Below are positions 39,083 to 52,573 of a stretch of DNA of 64,000 nt, one piece after another (within the stretch, counting starts at the first letter, position 1; each line of letters starts with the position of its first letter). The DNA is taken from assembly GCA_000320545.1 (NCBI GenBank), contig ADNK01000618.1:1-64000 (forward strand). The letters are read 5' to 3'. This DNA is from Bigelowiella natans CCMP2755. Lineage: Eukaryota; Protista; Cercozoa. The position numbers were made by a program, and so were the translations under genes. Below the pieces are notes generated by a model. It saw only the letters and a list, made by a program, of their open reading frames with translations, made no database searches and was not told where the DNA came from.

Positions 39083-40902
39083 ATTTGTTTGCTAGGTGCT
39101 GTTTTTCATCACACTAAATCAGTGCGCTGCTACTACTTCGATAAGACGGAATCGAAGAAAAAGGAGAAGAAGAGGAAGAAATCTTGCATACCGCTGTCTT
39201 TGCCACCACATAAGGGACCTATATTAGAGGAAAGAAGAAGAAAGTGCAGTACCAAGCAAAAGCAATTAGTAGTCGAAATAAGATGCAGGATGTGGTGATG
39301 ACTCAGATCACACATCACAGGAGGAGGGAGGGGAGGAGGAAAGAAGTGAAGGAGGGAGAGGAGGAGCATTAAGTCCTCTCATCCATCATCATCATCATCA
39401 TTATCATCACTATCAGCAGCAGCAATACGATCAATCACCCCCGTATCCACCATCGCGTTTGCTCCAACCAGTCCCGCGACAGACGATGTGTTAACAACGT
39501 AGCAAGGAGTATCTGTTTAAACAACCAAGGAAGACCAGCAGTATGCACCGAAATCGTTGCGTATACAGGAACGGTCGCACAACGCTATATTGGAGCAATA
39601 TCTCACACCCAAAGAAGAAAGAAATTCGCAACTAATGCTACTAGTCCTCTTCTCCTCCTCCTCCTCCTCCTCCTCCTCCTCCTCCTCCACTTCTGCAAAA
39701 TTTCTCGACACTGCTACTTGTTACTTTGTGCGATCATTGATGGAACGAAGGCCTGTAGATGAGGGAGGAGGAAGAGGAGGAGGAGGCACAAGTGCAAGCA
39801 AAACAAATTATTTTAAGATGTTGGTTTTCTTTTAAATAAACAATTTATGTCTAAAAGGATAGCCGCAGGTGTTGCTTTGCAGGTCTCTCCCCATATGGCA
39901 GCGTTTGCTATACGGACCGAAATTCCATTGATGACTCCATTAAGATTCACGCCTTGAAAATCATCAAAATCGTCAATTTACTTGAAGGTCTGTTGTTATA
40001 CTACTAAAATACACCTACCAAGGGCCAGATCCCACTCGGATTTCGTGGAATTGAAGCTTGAATACCCAGCACTAAGACCGGCGTTGTTGAACAGGAAAGA
40101 CACCTCCCCATATTCCGCATAGACCCTGCCAAAGAATCGCAAAAACATGTACATCCTGAGTGTGCGTTTGTGGTTGCAAGTGTAGATCTGGGGTGTACGA
40201 ACTAGGATTTCGCTCTCTACATAGTTGCATTTTGGCAGTGGCGCCAACAATGATGAGTCATCCATTACTTGTCTTTGAGATCCCACACTTCAAGCACCTT
40301 TGATACGTCACAGCGATAGACCAGTACACCTGGGTAAATGTGAAATAATAAGGTTGTGGGGTACTTCCATTATGAGATGTGCTGCCACTCGTGCACATTC
40401 TCATTCGTGAAGCTTTGCTGAAGAGTCGCTCTTCGCAATATAGACATGCTTAGTGCTGTATTATTTTCTCACGGGCCGGTACTTTTTGCTCCCAATTTGA
40501 TGAGTGTGTTGGTTGCTCGGGACAAAGCCTGGCTATTGACATCTGGTCAAAGGGATGGGAACCATAACACAACACCAATTGATGATCTGAGAGGAAGATG
40601 CATTGTTACTATTAATAATACAAACATCGATCAGGGGGGGGGTCATGCTCTGGAAAAATCGCTTCTGGACGGACGAGGGTTAGGCTTTCTTCGAACCTGC
40701 GATGCAGACATTCATTCGTAGCTCTGCACATTTCTTGGCGACACCAAGGCCGATCCCGCTCCCTCTACAAGATAATACAAGTTGGAACAACATGAACTAA
40801 TGGCCTTGGCATCACCATCATCAGTTCTTCATACATATCTATGCATTAGAGGAAAGTAGACCCTCCGGTGATGACAGCTGTACGCCCTTGTGCCGATCCC
40901 AT
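36598..40902 (-). CDS. Short-chain dehydrogenase/reductase with C-terminal PTS1 (SKL)
   Basis: TAVITGG|GSGIGLG (TGxxxGxG), RCDVS, FLFNNAG, GVNLNGVING, VVNTSSVAGL, YVVAK (YxxxK) and SLTECLAVEL. Final exon ends VVSKL*. Confidence 0.92.
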
Positions 40903-41162
40903 TGTTATTTCGATTCGTTCGTCGGAATCCAATCCTTGAGAATCTAGTCGTCAGTGGTGAAAAACCGCATGTATTTTATACTTACGACAGACTTCAGGAT
41001 GATGATTGTTAATTGTTCGAGCTTTCATGTCGCATCTGCGAGGCAGCATTTGGAGAAATATCGGCTTTTCGCACGGCTGGAGAAAAAAGTGTCTGCAACG
41101 ATTTTTGAAATACGTGCTGGTATTCCGCTGTTGCGACAATGAAAAACCCTGGAAATATCCTA

Positions 41163-41809
41163 ACATCGAACAACATCCTCATGCTCTCCTAGAAAATTGT
41201 TCGGGTTCGGCACGTGGCATTGCGAGCGAGCACATTCATGATTGCATCGTCATTGCACTGGCTGCATCGTTGGAACACAGGAAACACTTCATTCATCCAC
41301 ACATTCGAGCAATTGAGGTTGCAGAAAATGGTGAAGAAAAATTCTGCTCGCGACACTCGTGGAAACTTCTTTTGATCTTCTTCAATGCATGTCAAGGAGC
41401 TGCAAGCGTGCATGACTTCTGGATGTCGTGTTGTCAGCATCTGCACATGCACATCGCTGCTGTTGTGCTGGCGAATTACATTTTGAGTCGATTTGTCTGG
41501 TGACTAATCGATCGATTGTGGTGACCCACTGTGGATGCTCAACGTCCACATCTAGCTAGCTAGGTGCACCAACGAAATGTCGATCCATCCAGCTGTTGGC
41601 TGCTGCACAATCTGGACGATTGCAATGTGCAGGAGTTTGCATCTGAAGTGGACTTGTTTTGATCTGCAGTGGTTGTGTGCTTCATGTGTGTGCACTGATC
41701 ATCGATTCCACACATGCAGGCGTGATATCTGCTGAAAACGAGTGAACATTTTTCAATCTGGATGGCTTGCGTTCAATGCTGCGTGCAACTTCACACATGC
41801 TCGCAAAAA
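41163..41809. other. TpA-depleted, CTAG-sparing island C
   Basis: 647 bp with 4 TA in CTAG and only 3 others (41477, 41505, 41726). Confidence 0.88.
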
Positions 41810-41899
41810 TAAAATGAGTTGCACGATCATTCAGTCATTGTTAACTTGTGATTGACTTTCATTGCACTACATAAATTCATTTTCTTCAGTATCTAGCCT

Positions 41900-42900
41900 A
41901 ATCTATTGTCGAACCCATTCAGGAAAGAGTGACACAGTGCATACAAAAAGGATGCACTGTGTCACTCTTTCCTCGTTGAGCTCCGTCAATGCTTCCTTTT
42001 TACTTCTTTCTTACCTATATATATGCTTTGATATCATTTTATTACACACTCCTTAAATAACACGGTTCCTCATTTCCCTTCTTTAGATTGCATTTGAGAG
42101 ACGCCTGTGCTCCCTTCAGTGCTTTCTTGTTTCCCTTTTTCCTTACCCTCTGGTTTACTTCTTTCTTTATTTTCTTGTTCCTTTCTAAGTTTTTCACGTT
42201 TCCTTTTCGCAAGGAGCTTCTTCCGAGCCTCAGCTCTTTCGAAGTAGGAACCTCCTGCAGGCGGCTTACAGCAGTCTTCAACGCAGCTCTGAACATGTAG
42301 AAAACGTGATTTATATGACAGACTTCCGAAAATCGTCTCCCACCTTGGGGTCATGATCTGAACCAATCAATGAAGTGATGCTGGAGAGATCTCCATACTT
42401 TTGCAGCACGCTCATGACGACGGGCTGCTTCTAATGGTGCAATCGATCGATTTGTGGCACGCCGGCCTTCGAACGCTAGTGATTGAACCTTCTTCCTCCA
42501 AACAGTTGTCGCAGTACAGAAACACAGGTCGTTTTAAGCGCGCTACAGCGTCAACGGAAACTTTCGAAATGATTTTTGGAAAAGAATTACCCGCATGATG
42601 AGAGCTTCTCGCCGCTTTCTTTTGGAGTATGGATGTCCATCGGGGCATGGAAAACTACGGCGATTTTTTGTCAACGTATGCATTGTTTCGTTGTCGTATA
42701 AGAAGATGGAATGAGACTTTCTGCAAAACTTGTTGTCGTCGAACCGGACGTCCCTTGCTGAACCACATCATTTCACGTTGCAGGTGTCTCCAGCAACCCT
42801 TGCGGCCATCAGCAGCCCAACGTTGCAAAATAGTACGAGAAGGAAGATACAGTATGTTTCTAGTGTAGAAGGAATCTTTCAATCCTTTTTCTTGCGCGAA
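41900..42900 (-). CDS. Small hypothetical multi-exon protein with a CxxC motif and basic C-terminus
   Basis: Exon-like segments PVFLYCDNCLEEE, AARRHERAAK and AALKTAVSRLQEVP...KKIKKE with GT/AG borders. Boundaries uncertain. Confidence 0.35.
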
Positions 42901-43046
42901 ATTCGTGGTTATGAAATGGTCTGGTCCACGTGCACACTGGACAACGACGATATTTCGAAATTACTAGCTCATTTTGCTTATTTACTCTTATCCGAGGCGA
43001 ATACATGCTTTTGCTATACTTATCGGGGAGGAGGGGGGGACATGAT

Positions 43047-44748
43047 ATGTCGAGCTACGGATACAATGTGCCCAAAAGGGCGACCAATTTAGACAATCGA
43101 GCTAGTGAAACTCGTCTTTCGAATAATATGTTCATGTTTGAAGATTTATATAAATATTCAATTCTTCTTTTATTACCACTCAACAGGGATAGAGTACGCG
43201 TCAACCGAGAACGGATTTCAGCGCATTATTTTAGACCTGAAAGACACGGTCAATGGTTTAGAAATCTATTCATAGTAAATGATCGGATCTATTCGAAGCA
43301 AGTACACGCGCTACAGTGGATATCATAAGAAGCGTGATAATCGCTTCGAATATGGTGTCCCAACGAAGCACCGACAAAGCTTTCTGTCCGCAATTATCCT
43401 TGTATCCCTTATTGCTGGCGGGGCGCTAGTTATGACCCTTCGGAACCATCACCGTCGTCTGAGGTAGCTGTTTTGTACTAAAGCCATCATATTCTTCGCA
43501 AAACCGAGATAGAAGTGAGTTTATCAATACTGATAATATCTCTCACAGATGCATATCGCCTGGAATGTACGAGGAATCTTTATTGACTTGTTCCCTAATC
43601 CCTCTCAGCTTGTCTGCTCCAATGAATGCTAAATCGCTGATACAACTACCACATCGACCTCCTATCATGGGACTACCAGAAAGAAAAACACGGACCAGAA
43701 TTGCATTGGGTGGTAGTGTTATCGCCTCTCCCTCTTCATCGTCGTCATCGTGGTCGCTGGTACCTACGTCGTCATCTTCACCGCAATTTAGAGGAGCAAG
43801 GCTTGTTTCGTCATCTTCCTCTTCCTTGCCATCGTTGCACCAGTCTCGTGGGATGCCGCCATCGTCGTCGTCGTCGTCGTCATCATCATCACGGCCAAGA
43901 GGAATGATGCGGCGACATCAAAGATTCTATAGCAGCGAACGGAACTCCCACCCCGTACAAAAGACTAAAGCAGTCACTTCAGAGGATGTCGTCCTTGCTG
44001 GAGAGCTCATCGCGGTAGTTTTGATTTTGAAAGTGCCAGATCGTTGCTTTCCTCGTTTTCGGTTATGAATAATGTATTGTGCCGACTTGTTTTCTTTCTT
44101 CTCTTCTCTTTCCATTCGCTTAGCACCCGCTGAGTGAACAACAACTCGTAAACATCGTAGCAACACACACAACACACGCAGCATGCACACAGGTGGGAAC
44201 CGCGGCAATTACCTTGTACATGAAGAATGAAGAGATGAAAGAGATGCAAGAGACTACGAACGAGCTGAAGGAAGAGATCAGTCGCCTCGAGAAGGTAGGA
44301 TGGGCCATTAGCGGCGATTTTAAGTGCCTTTTATTACTGAACGACGAAGACATTAAAAGCATGTTGTTTTCTTAATACGGCTATTGAAAAGGTGGTCGAA
44401 GGGCAAAGCGACGCGATGTCTGAAGCACAGAAAGTGAGTGAAAGGAAGTGGGGGGGATAACACAATCAGCAGTAGCAGCAGTAGCAACAACAACAAAAAA
44501 CAATGAACTACAAACACTCCTAGCAGCTTATCCATGTGCTTGAAATCAAAAGATAGGTTAACAGAACAAAAGTCTTAGGTGACATTAGCATCAACATTGT
44601 TACCATCATCATCGTTACCATCACCATCACCGCACAGGATATGGAAAGCAAAGTTACTCTCCTCCAAAAGGATCTGAGCGCTCTGGATGAGAGCTCGAAG
44701 GTTAATCTTCCTTTGTACATCATGCGGTGACTGTCGCTGCTATCACCG

Positions 44749-44786
<38 letters not shown>

Positions 44787-45314
44787 GCTACTACTACTAC
44801 TTAATTTTCTTCCTGTTGACTCCTATTGTCTTCTTCGTCTCCCTCACTCTTCCGAAGTATATCAACACCATGAGCAAATCTACCCCGATGATACTACTCG
44901 TAGTACTTACAGTTATTGCTGCTGTTGTTGTTGTTGTTGTTGTGATGATGGTTGTTCGTCAGGGAATGTCTGAGGACCTTGATCGAGCTAACAACCGCAC
45001 AGATGAAAAGTTTGCTCAATTCCAGGTATTCTTCATTGTTCTCCTCTGCAATATCATAATCGTGTGATCATCGACATAACCGTTATCATGGTTGATTCCT
45101 CCTCTCCCTCCTCCTCCTCCTCCTCCTCATCGTCATTATCATTATTGTTATCAGAGGCTATCAGAGGCTCAAGCAAGTGCTGTAGGAGCATTCACACACA
45201 CGGCAAGCAAAGTCGATGAACTAGAGCAAGACCTAAAGAAGGCTGCTGAATCTATAGATACTGTTCGTAAGGAAGGGTAGTACTATTTGCATCACAACTT
45301 AAATCTATATAAAT

Positions 45315-45349
<35 letters not shown>

Positions 45350-46201
45350 TGTGTGTGTGTGTGTATGTGTGCTCCCATGTATCCGTCGAGCATAGGGTTG
45401 GTTTTGTCTCTTTATCTGTAAGGAAAACGAAACCCTCTGCTTGTTCGTCACTACCATCATCATCATTATCATCATCTTCATCATCATCATCATCACACGC
45501 AACCGACTACCAACTTCTCACAACATCGTCGCCGTCAGCCGCGCATATGCATCCAGCGCTGCTGAGTCACGTCGAGACCTTCTGTCAGTGGTGGAGAGCT
45601 ATGCTGCGGATAATCGAAAGGCTGTAGCAGATGTGATGCAGAACATCGAGGAGAGACTAAGGGAGGAGAGGGAGGAGATTCAGAGAGAGAGCCAGGAGGC
45701 AGAGGAGCGGAGGGAGGCAGAACAAGCGCAGCAACGAGCCGACGAAATCGAGAAAGAAAACGCGCAGAAGGAACGCCAGCACCAAGTTATTCTTAATATC
45801 ATCAGGGCCGAGATAGAGGAGCAAAGGTAGTTGTAGTAGTAGAAGTAGTAGTAGTAGTTTTCTATTCATGTAAGAGAGTATGTACATGATGACGTCTCAA
45901 AAGCTTCGATGTTGATGATGAAGCTGATGATCGTGCTGGCGATGAATCGGCAATAGCTGCTTTGAAAGCAATAATCTTCCCCCCCCCCCTACAATGGCCA
46001 TGCTACTGCACGCGCCTGCTCCAGTAAACGTGAGGCTGTGACGATGACCGAGGCTCTTCGAGACCTGAAGGAGGTGGTATACATCGTCAAACAGCAAAAA
46101 TTATCGGAAAGAACCCAACACGCGTGTATGTGTGTGTGTGCGTGTGTGTGTGTGTGTGCGTGTTACTGCTGTAGTAAGACCGAGAAGATGAGAGTAGCAG
46201 T

Positions 46202-46236
<35 letters not shown>

Positions 46237-46917
46237 TAATGGTAGTAGTAGTAGAAAAGCGTTATCATTATTGGTAGTTAGCTGTTGGTACTTTGTGGTC
46301 AAGAAGCAAGGGTGCTCTATAGCTGTTAAAGTCTTTTGGTCGCTGCTGCTGCTGCTGTTGATGGGGACTTACTTGATGATGGTTTTGTTTGTCTTCTGCT
46401 GCTGCTTGTCGTGGTAAACTACTAGCTCGTTGAAGCCTACGAGTCACGGTCGCTGGAGCGGCTTGAGGAAGTGTACAGCGCAATGGAGTCTAGATGGACC
46501 CTCGCTGAACGATCCCGAGAGAAACTAAGGGAGATGATATACACTCTCAGAGAAGAGGTGGGGGGGAGAAGAGTCGAAAGAGAAAGAGAGAGAGAGAGAG
46601 AGGAGGGGGGGGGGGAAGGGGGGGGATATATATGGCGACGACGTGATCAACTCGTTCTCTTACTTCCACAGAGCCTTTCCCGTGATAACCAAATTGCTGC
46701 CGTTTCGCGCATGAACCTGAGGAACCAGCTTGATGGCGTTCAAGGTGATATTCTGAACGCGATGGAGTCCGTACGCGGAGAGAGCAAGATGCAAGCAGAG
46801 AAAACAGCGGCCATTGTCCAGTCTCAAGTAGAAGCGGTCGGCAGCGGATTAAAGGTGCTGTGATACTTCTTCTACTACTACTACTACTACTACAGTCTCT
46901 GTCATCGATTTTGCTGC

Positions 46918-46963
<46 letters not shown>

Positions 46964-48197
46964 TATGGTGTTGAAGGATAGATGTATCATACCAACAGGA
47001 GATGGACAAGAATCTGACCGCCAAACTCGACAACCAAAGTGCAAAGATGGAGTCCAGGCAAATTACCCACCACGCACACAAACAACACACTCGTGATGAT
47101 GATGATGATGATGATGATGATCTAACAGAACATAAACTGGTGCACAAGGTGATGTAGAGATAATACTGATGACTACGCGTTGAGGGGGACGGGAAAGACA
47201 GAAATATTTATAGACAAGGTCACCTCAATAACTGTTCTCGCTCTTTTTATGCTGATCAGGGTTGCAAAGAGTGAAGAACAGGGGATGAAAAAAATACAAA
47301 GTGTGGATGAGTCTTTACGAGAGACAACATCGTTGTTAGAGAAGGAGATTAGATCTTCCGCACTCTCCATACGCAAAGAAGCCAGTCAGAAGGCAGAGAG
47401 GATCCAAACGGAGATAAAGTAATTATTAGTTTGAAATATCGCTACAAGCCATGTGCTCCTCTTCTTCTAGCTACCTGCTACTTCGTCGTCGTCGTATTAT
47501 CCACGCTTTCGCCGTATTTTTACCAAGAAATGAGAGCAACTTCTTCTTCTTCTTCGAGATACTGCTACATGGGAAAGGATGATGAAGATTAGCATGTTGT
47601 TGTTTGCCAAGACTCAATAATTCTGCTGCTGCTGCTGCTGCTTCAAATCGTTCAATGCTGTTAAAAATTTCGTGATTGGCCATTGATATCTATGTGAAAT
47701 GATCTTCCTCGTTTTCTTCCATTTCTGTGGTTACCGTCTACGTCGATCCTCTTCCTCCTCCTCCTCCTCCTCCTCCTCCTCCTCCTCCTCCCCCTCCTCC
47801 TCCCCCTCCTCCTCCTTCTCTTACTTTCGTCCCTCTCCCCCTCCCTCTACCAGACGCTCAGCTCAAAACCTGCAAGATCAAATAGACAGAAGCGATCTGA
47901 AGACGGCAGAAACCAATCTCAAGTACGTACTAGGAGTAGTGCCTACCACGCACTGTGTTCTTGTGTTGTGCGTTGTGTATAAGCCGTTTTTTTAATTATC
48001 CTTAACCCCCACCTATATTGCATGCTGATCCTTCTCTTCTTCCTTGTCATCCTCATTATGGTCTTTGTTGCTGCTGCTGTTAATGCTGGTGGTGGTGGTG
48101 GCGCTACAACAGAATAGCCGAATTGCGTGCTCGACAAGAGATGGACATCAGGCGCCTAGAATTGGAGGTGGTGTGGTACTTGTATGATAAAATCACA

Positions 48198-48232
<35 letters not shown>

Positions 48233-48344
48233 CTGTGGACACTGGTATCCTCAAAATGAACCGATGCAACCGATGATTAATACCTCCACTCCTTCTCGCC
48301 TTCTTCCTTCTCTTCCTCCTCTTCCCCCTCTTCCCCCTCTTCAC

Positions 48345-48383
<39 letters not shown>

Positions 48384-48857
48384 TGTAATCATTGATTACC
48401 CACACGATCAGCTGAAAGAGGCAATGGAGCCGTGGCCTCGCAAATTGATGCGTTTCGTTCGCAACTCATACATCGGCCGCGGGGTGAAGAACGGCTATCG
48501 ATGGACAAAGTCACGATTATGGGGAAGAAGAAGAAGAGGAGGAGGAGGAGGAGGAGGAGGAGGAAGTAGTAGGCAAACTAGCATCAGCGGTAGTGGCGCT
48601 TACGAGAGTAAAATTGCGGGTGATGATGAAAGCAGGACGATATTCCCTCCCAGTCAGTATTGTAGGGTATGTGGCCTTCCTTCCAATGGGGCACCATGGC
48701 CATGGGGAGAGGGAGGTCTTTCTCCTGCCTATGAGATCTGCCCTAAATGGTACTAGTAGTTGTAGTAGTAGTAGGAGTAGTTGTAGTATACTCGATAAGA
48801 AGTTTATGTTTTAAAGATGTAAGTACTACGTGCATACATGCTATATAGTCTGTGTGT

Positions 48858-48888
<31 letters not shown>

Positions 48889-49156
48889 AGTGTGTAATAA
48901 ATAATAGTTCTGTGCCTGTGTGCTTTCATGTCGTCGTTTCCCCGTCATCATCAATAAACGAAAACAGTGGAGCGGAGTCGTTTTCGGGCATACAGCAACC
49001 ACCATCAAGAAGCGGAGTCTCTGCAGATCCTCGTTCCTCCTCATAATAACATGTATAACACCGAATAGTCGAATGAACCATTGGCGAGCAAAAATATATC
49101 GATGTAGCCGTGACTGGCAGAGACACGGTGAAGCAACAAAGTATCTTAAACGCTGA
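43047..49156 (+). CDS. Putative plastid-targeted, membrane-anchored long coiled-coil protein with a C-terminal CxxC-CxxC motif
   Basis: Hydrophobic segment FLSAIILVSLIAGGALVMTL, then a Ser/Arg-rich, acid-poor leader, then a TM (VVLAGELIA|VGTAAITLY). More than 10 short coiled-coil exons follow, and terminal exons read YCRVCG...YEICPK. Confidence 0.7.
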
Positions 49157-50011
49157 TCCACCACTATTAGGGCTGTGCTAAGGCAGCAGTGTGCACCTAA
49201 TGATATCCAAAGCACCGCATCGTACATCTAGATGTTGGAAAACAATATATATTGGCCCTATGGTGACGCGGAAAAAAATGTCGCAGCAACATGTACATGC
49301 GACGCGCAGCAATTTTATTATGCCCTGCACCTTGCTTGGCGTCGTATGCTAGTATGGCGCGGCAGCATCGCACCGCCCGCCCATGCGTCATACACATTGA
49401 TACTTGCCATGCGCACGTTTGCCATCTCTTCCGTGTCATGCTACAAATGTCTTGCAACACTTTGGAAACATAGTCTGTCATCAAGTTTGTTTTTGTTCAT
49501 TGATGAAATTCAAAATGGCGAGTCGGTGAAATTGTCATCATGCATAAACGTGTGTGCGACGCGAGGAGATTGAAGAGGGCCTAGTTTAGTTTGAGCTGTT
49601 TGAAGGAGGCCTGCGCGGCAACTTTTTTGATAGGACACTTTCACAGTGCAAAGTCCATTGTTTAATTGGTTGTCCTGCATGATGTCTTCTAATCGATTTG
49701 GGTCTTCTTGGGGGAGGAATTCTGCGCGTATTAGAGGCACACAGGCATGCGATGACATGGTCTTTTAGCAGCACAGCAAATGCATGGTGTTTGCACAGCG
49801 TAGGTAGTCGCTTGTACATCGCACACACCATCATGATGTTGTAGGACGACAGCCATTTTGATATGCAAATGTCTCTGCATGCAATTTTTTTATAAACGAT
49901 GAACAATCGTGCAGTCGCAGCTATGTTTCTTTAACAATTATATCGCGAACATCGCGTGCCACTGCTTCGAATATAGCAGGATTTCTCAGATCTACTCCTC
50001 GGAGAACATCA

Positions 50012-50653
50012 TCATCGCCAACTTCGAGTAGACGCCATCAAAGCACCAACAAACTGTGAGATGTGTAATATACAAATACACATATATGTGATGTGCGAAA
50101 TTACTCGTCATTGAATTAACGGGAGTGTTAGAGGGAAACATAAATAATGACTGTATTGTTCGATTTGTTATATGTGCTCGGAAACGGAGCATTACAATAC
50201 GATGACGAAGAGGAGGAAGATCATGATGATCATAGGCCAGGAGCTTGTGCTTTCCACAGAGATATGCTGGACCTTAGGATGAAACGATTTTAGCTAGTTA
50301 CGAAATTATATGCAGAGAGAGCATGTATTCTTTGCTGTCAGGAAGGAGGGAGGTGATAATAACACACGCCTATCGGATGTTATCCTTCAAAGCAGCAACC
50401 CACCCTATTTGTGTTTCTCTGTATGTTTCTTCCCGTTTTGTCGATTCCCGTCTCAAGGCCGTCCAACAGTTCCTTCATCGAGCATAAAAAGTGGAAAGGA
50501 GCAGCAGCAACGGTAGTTAGTGAGAGCATGTTGATACACCCATTTCTGTTTGCAGAATACATGCAATGACTACGTGCAATAATAACAATAATAATAATGA
50601 CAACAACAATACGTGAAAAAAAGACATCACTGTTGGATTGAATGTCGTCGTCA

Positions 50654-50693
<40 letters not shown>

Positions 50694-50868
50694 CCTCAAA
50701 CACACAACACACACATACACACAGTGTGTATACATACCCCCTGGAATGATAGTTCATTGTTGATTTCATAACCAATATCCTTCAAATTTGACACTCCCCG
50801 TAATATATCGTCTAAATGCTGCTCTTGCTTGAGTTCCTGCACCCAGTAGTAGTACAAATAGTACCAGT

Positions 50869-50914
<46 letters not shown>

Positions 50915-51099
50915 CGCGCGTTTATGTGCGTACAAGCAGAAGAATATCATCATAAAGTCAATTATTATGCTATATCATTAAGGGCACACAAGTCGGTTTT
51001 AGTGTCGTCATCATTCATTCATTACTTCGTTGTTCTGGCGTTGGACTAGCTGTTGATTAGTTAGATGGCGCGTTTCTAGGGACTCCTCCACCTGTTGCA

Positions 51100-51132
<33 letters not shown>

Positions 51133-52121
51133 GGGATTGATTCAGGCGTATCGTCCCATCTATTCGAGAATGGGGGGGAGGGGGAGTCAACGCCTGGCCT
51201 CGCTTCCCTCGCGTGATCAGGAAGTAGGATTGATGACGAATGTCTCTCTTCCTTCACCTGAGGTGTCGTAAAGTCGAAGTCGTCTCCCTGTGAGCGCACG
51301 TCCCTCGAGCGTGCGAGAATGTTGCTCGTAGACACAACCTGGGGATCAGTAGTGTTGTTGTCACAGGACTACTAGGGAAGAGAGTGGGTGGTGGAGACGA
51401 TGATGTGAACAACTCCGTGGGCTGCTGCCCCTTCGAAAGAAGAGAAAGAATGCCGAAATACGCCGTTTCCGGGGACGCAATCTATATCAGACCATAAATT
51501 TGTCCCTATTGACGTAGCTACTACTACTACTACTACTACTACTACTGCAACTACGACTACTACTTCGTTTTTGAGACGCGTGAGCAAGCCTCTCCTCCTA
51601 GACATTTCTCCTGTGGTTATCTCGAATTCCCCCCGGCGTCCTTGCTCCATCTCGGAGAGTTTCCTATCCAAACCTACTATCTTGGACTCTATGCCCTCGA
51701 CTTCCTTCTTGTACCTGGGGGGGGGAGGAGGAGGAGAAAGGACAGGGAGGGGATATGAACATTTTATTATTATTCTGGAAGTCCATCATTATTACTCCTC
51801 GAACAAATGTGTTTTGGTTCATCGCATTGCCATTGTGTGCGCGTTTTTGATGGTATGTTTGCTTTATCAAACAAGAAGTAGCAGTAGCAACCTGTATCTC
51901 CTTTTCACATTGGCACTTCCGTATATTTCCCCTCGAGATTTTCCTTCTCGCACCCGAGTCTGCACGCTGCGAAACTTGCCTGTGAAGGAAAGGAGGCGAG
52001 GAGAAGGAGAACACAACGATGATCGACAACGAAGTGAGCGCACGCATGTGCTTCATCATCATCGATGCACATTACTTCTGAGGCGCTCGAAGCTGGACAT
52101 CCATTCCTTCGTTTTTGACAT
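50012..52121 (-). CDS. Qc-SNARE (syntaxin-8/SYP5-like)
   Basis: ITTGEMSRRRGLL N-terminal helix. SNARE motif QEQHLDDILRGVSNLKDIGYEINNELSFQ...ELLDGLETGIDKT. C-terminal TM WPMIIMIFLLFVI|FVGALM. Confidence 0.85.
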
Positions 52122-52573
52122 GGCTGTAGCTCTCCTCTCCGGTCTCTCTTGACGGCTGAGGCCCTTTCCCCCCCTACGTTCGAGCCACAAGCCAGGGGGC
52201 GGTGTGATTTTGCGACAGAGGGAAGGAAATGGGTTTGAAACAAAGGGTGCGACAAAGAATATAAGCTCAAATTATGCAAAAATCGCCTATTCTATTTCAA
52301 CTCTCCGCCCATCTAAGCAGCCCTAAGTAGTCCGTCCGCTCGAGTCGTTTGAGGTTACTATTCGATAGCACACTGGGAGGGGGATCGCTCTTTTGATTTT
52401 ACTCGCTGATATTCGCATTGGAATGTTGCGTCGATTACGTGTGCGTGTACCTCAGGTCCGGTAGAGCAGTTGCGCTGCTTGATGAACAGTCTACTTGGTT
52501 TCCCTTGCTACATGTTTTGAACCAACCAACCGCCGTTGAGACCACACACACACACACACACACCCACAAAGCT

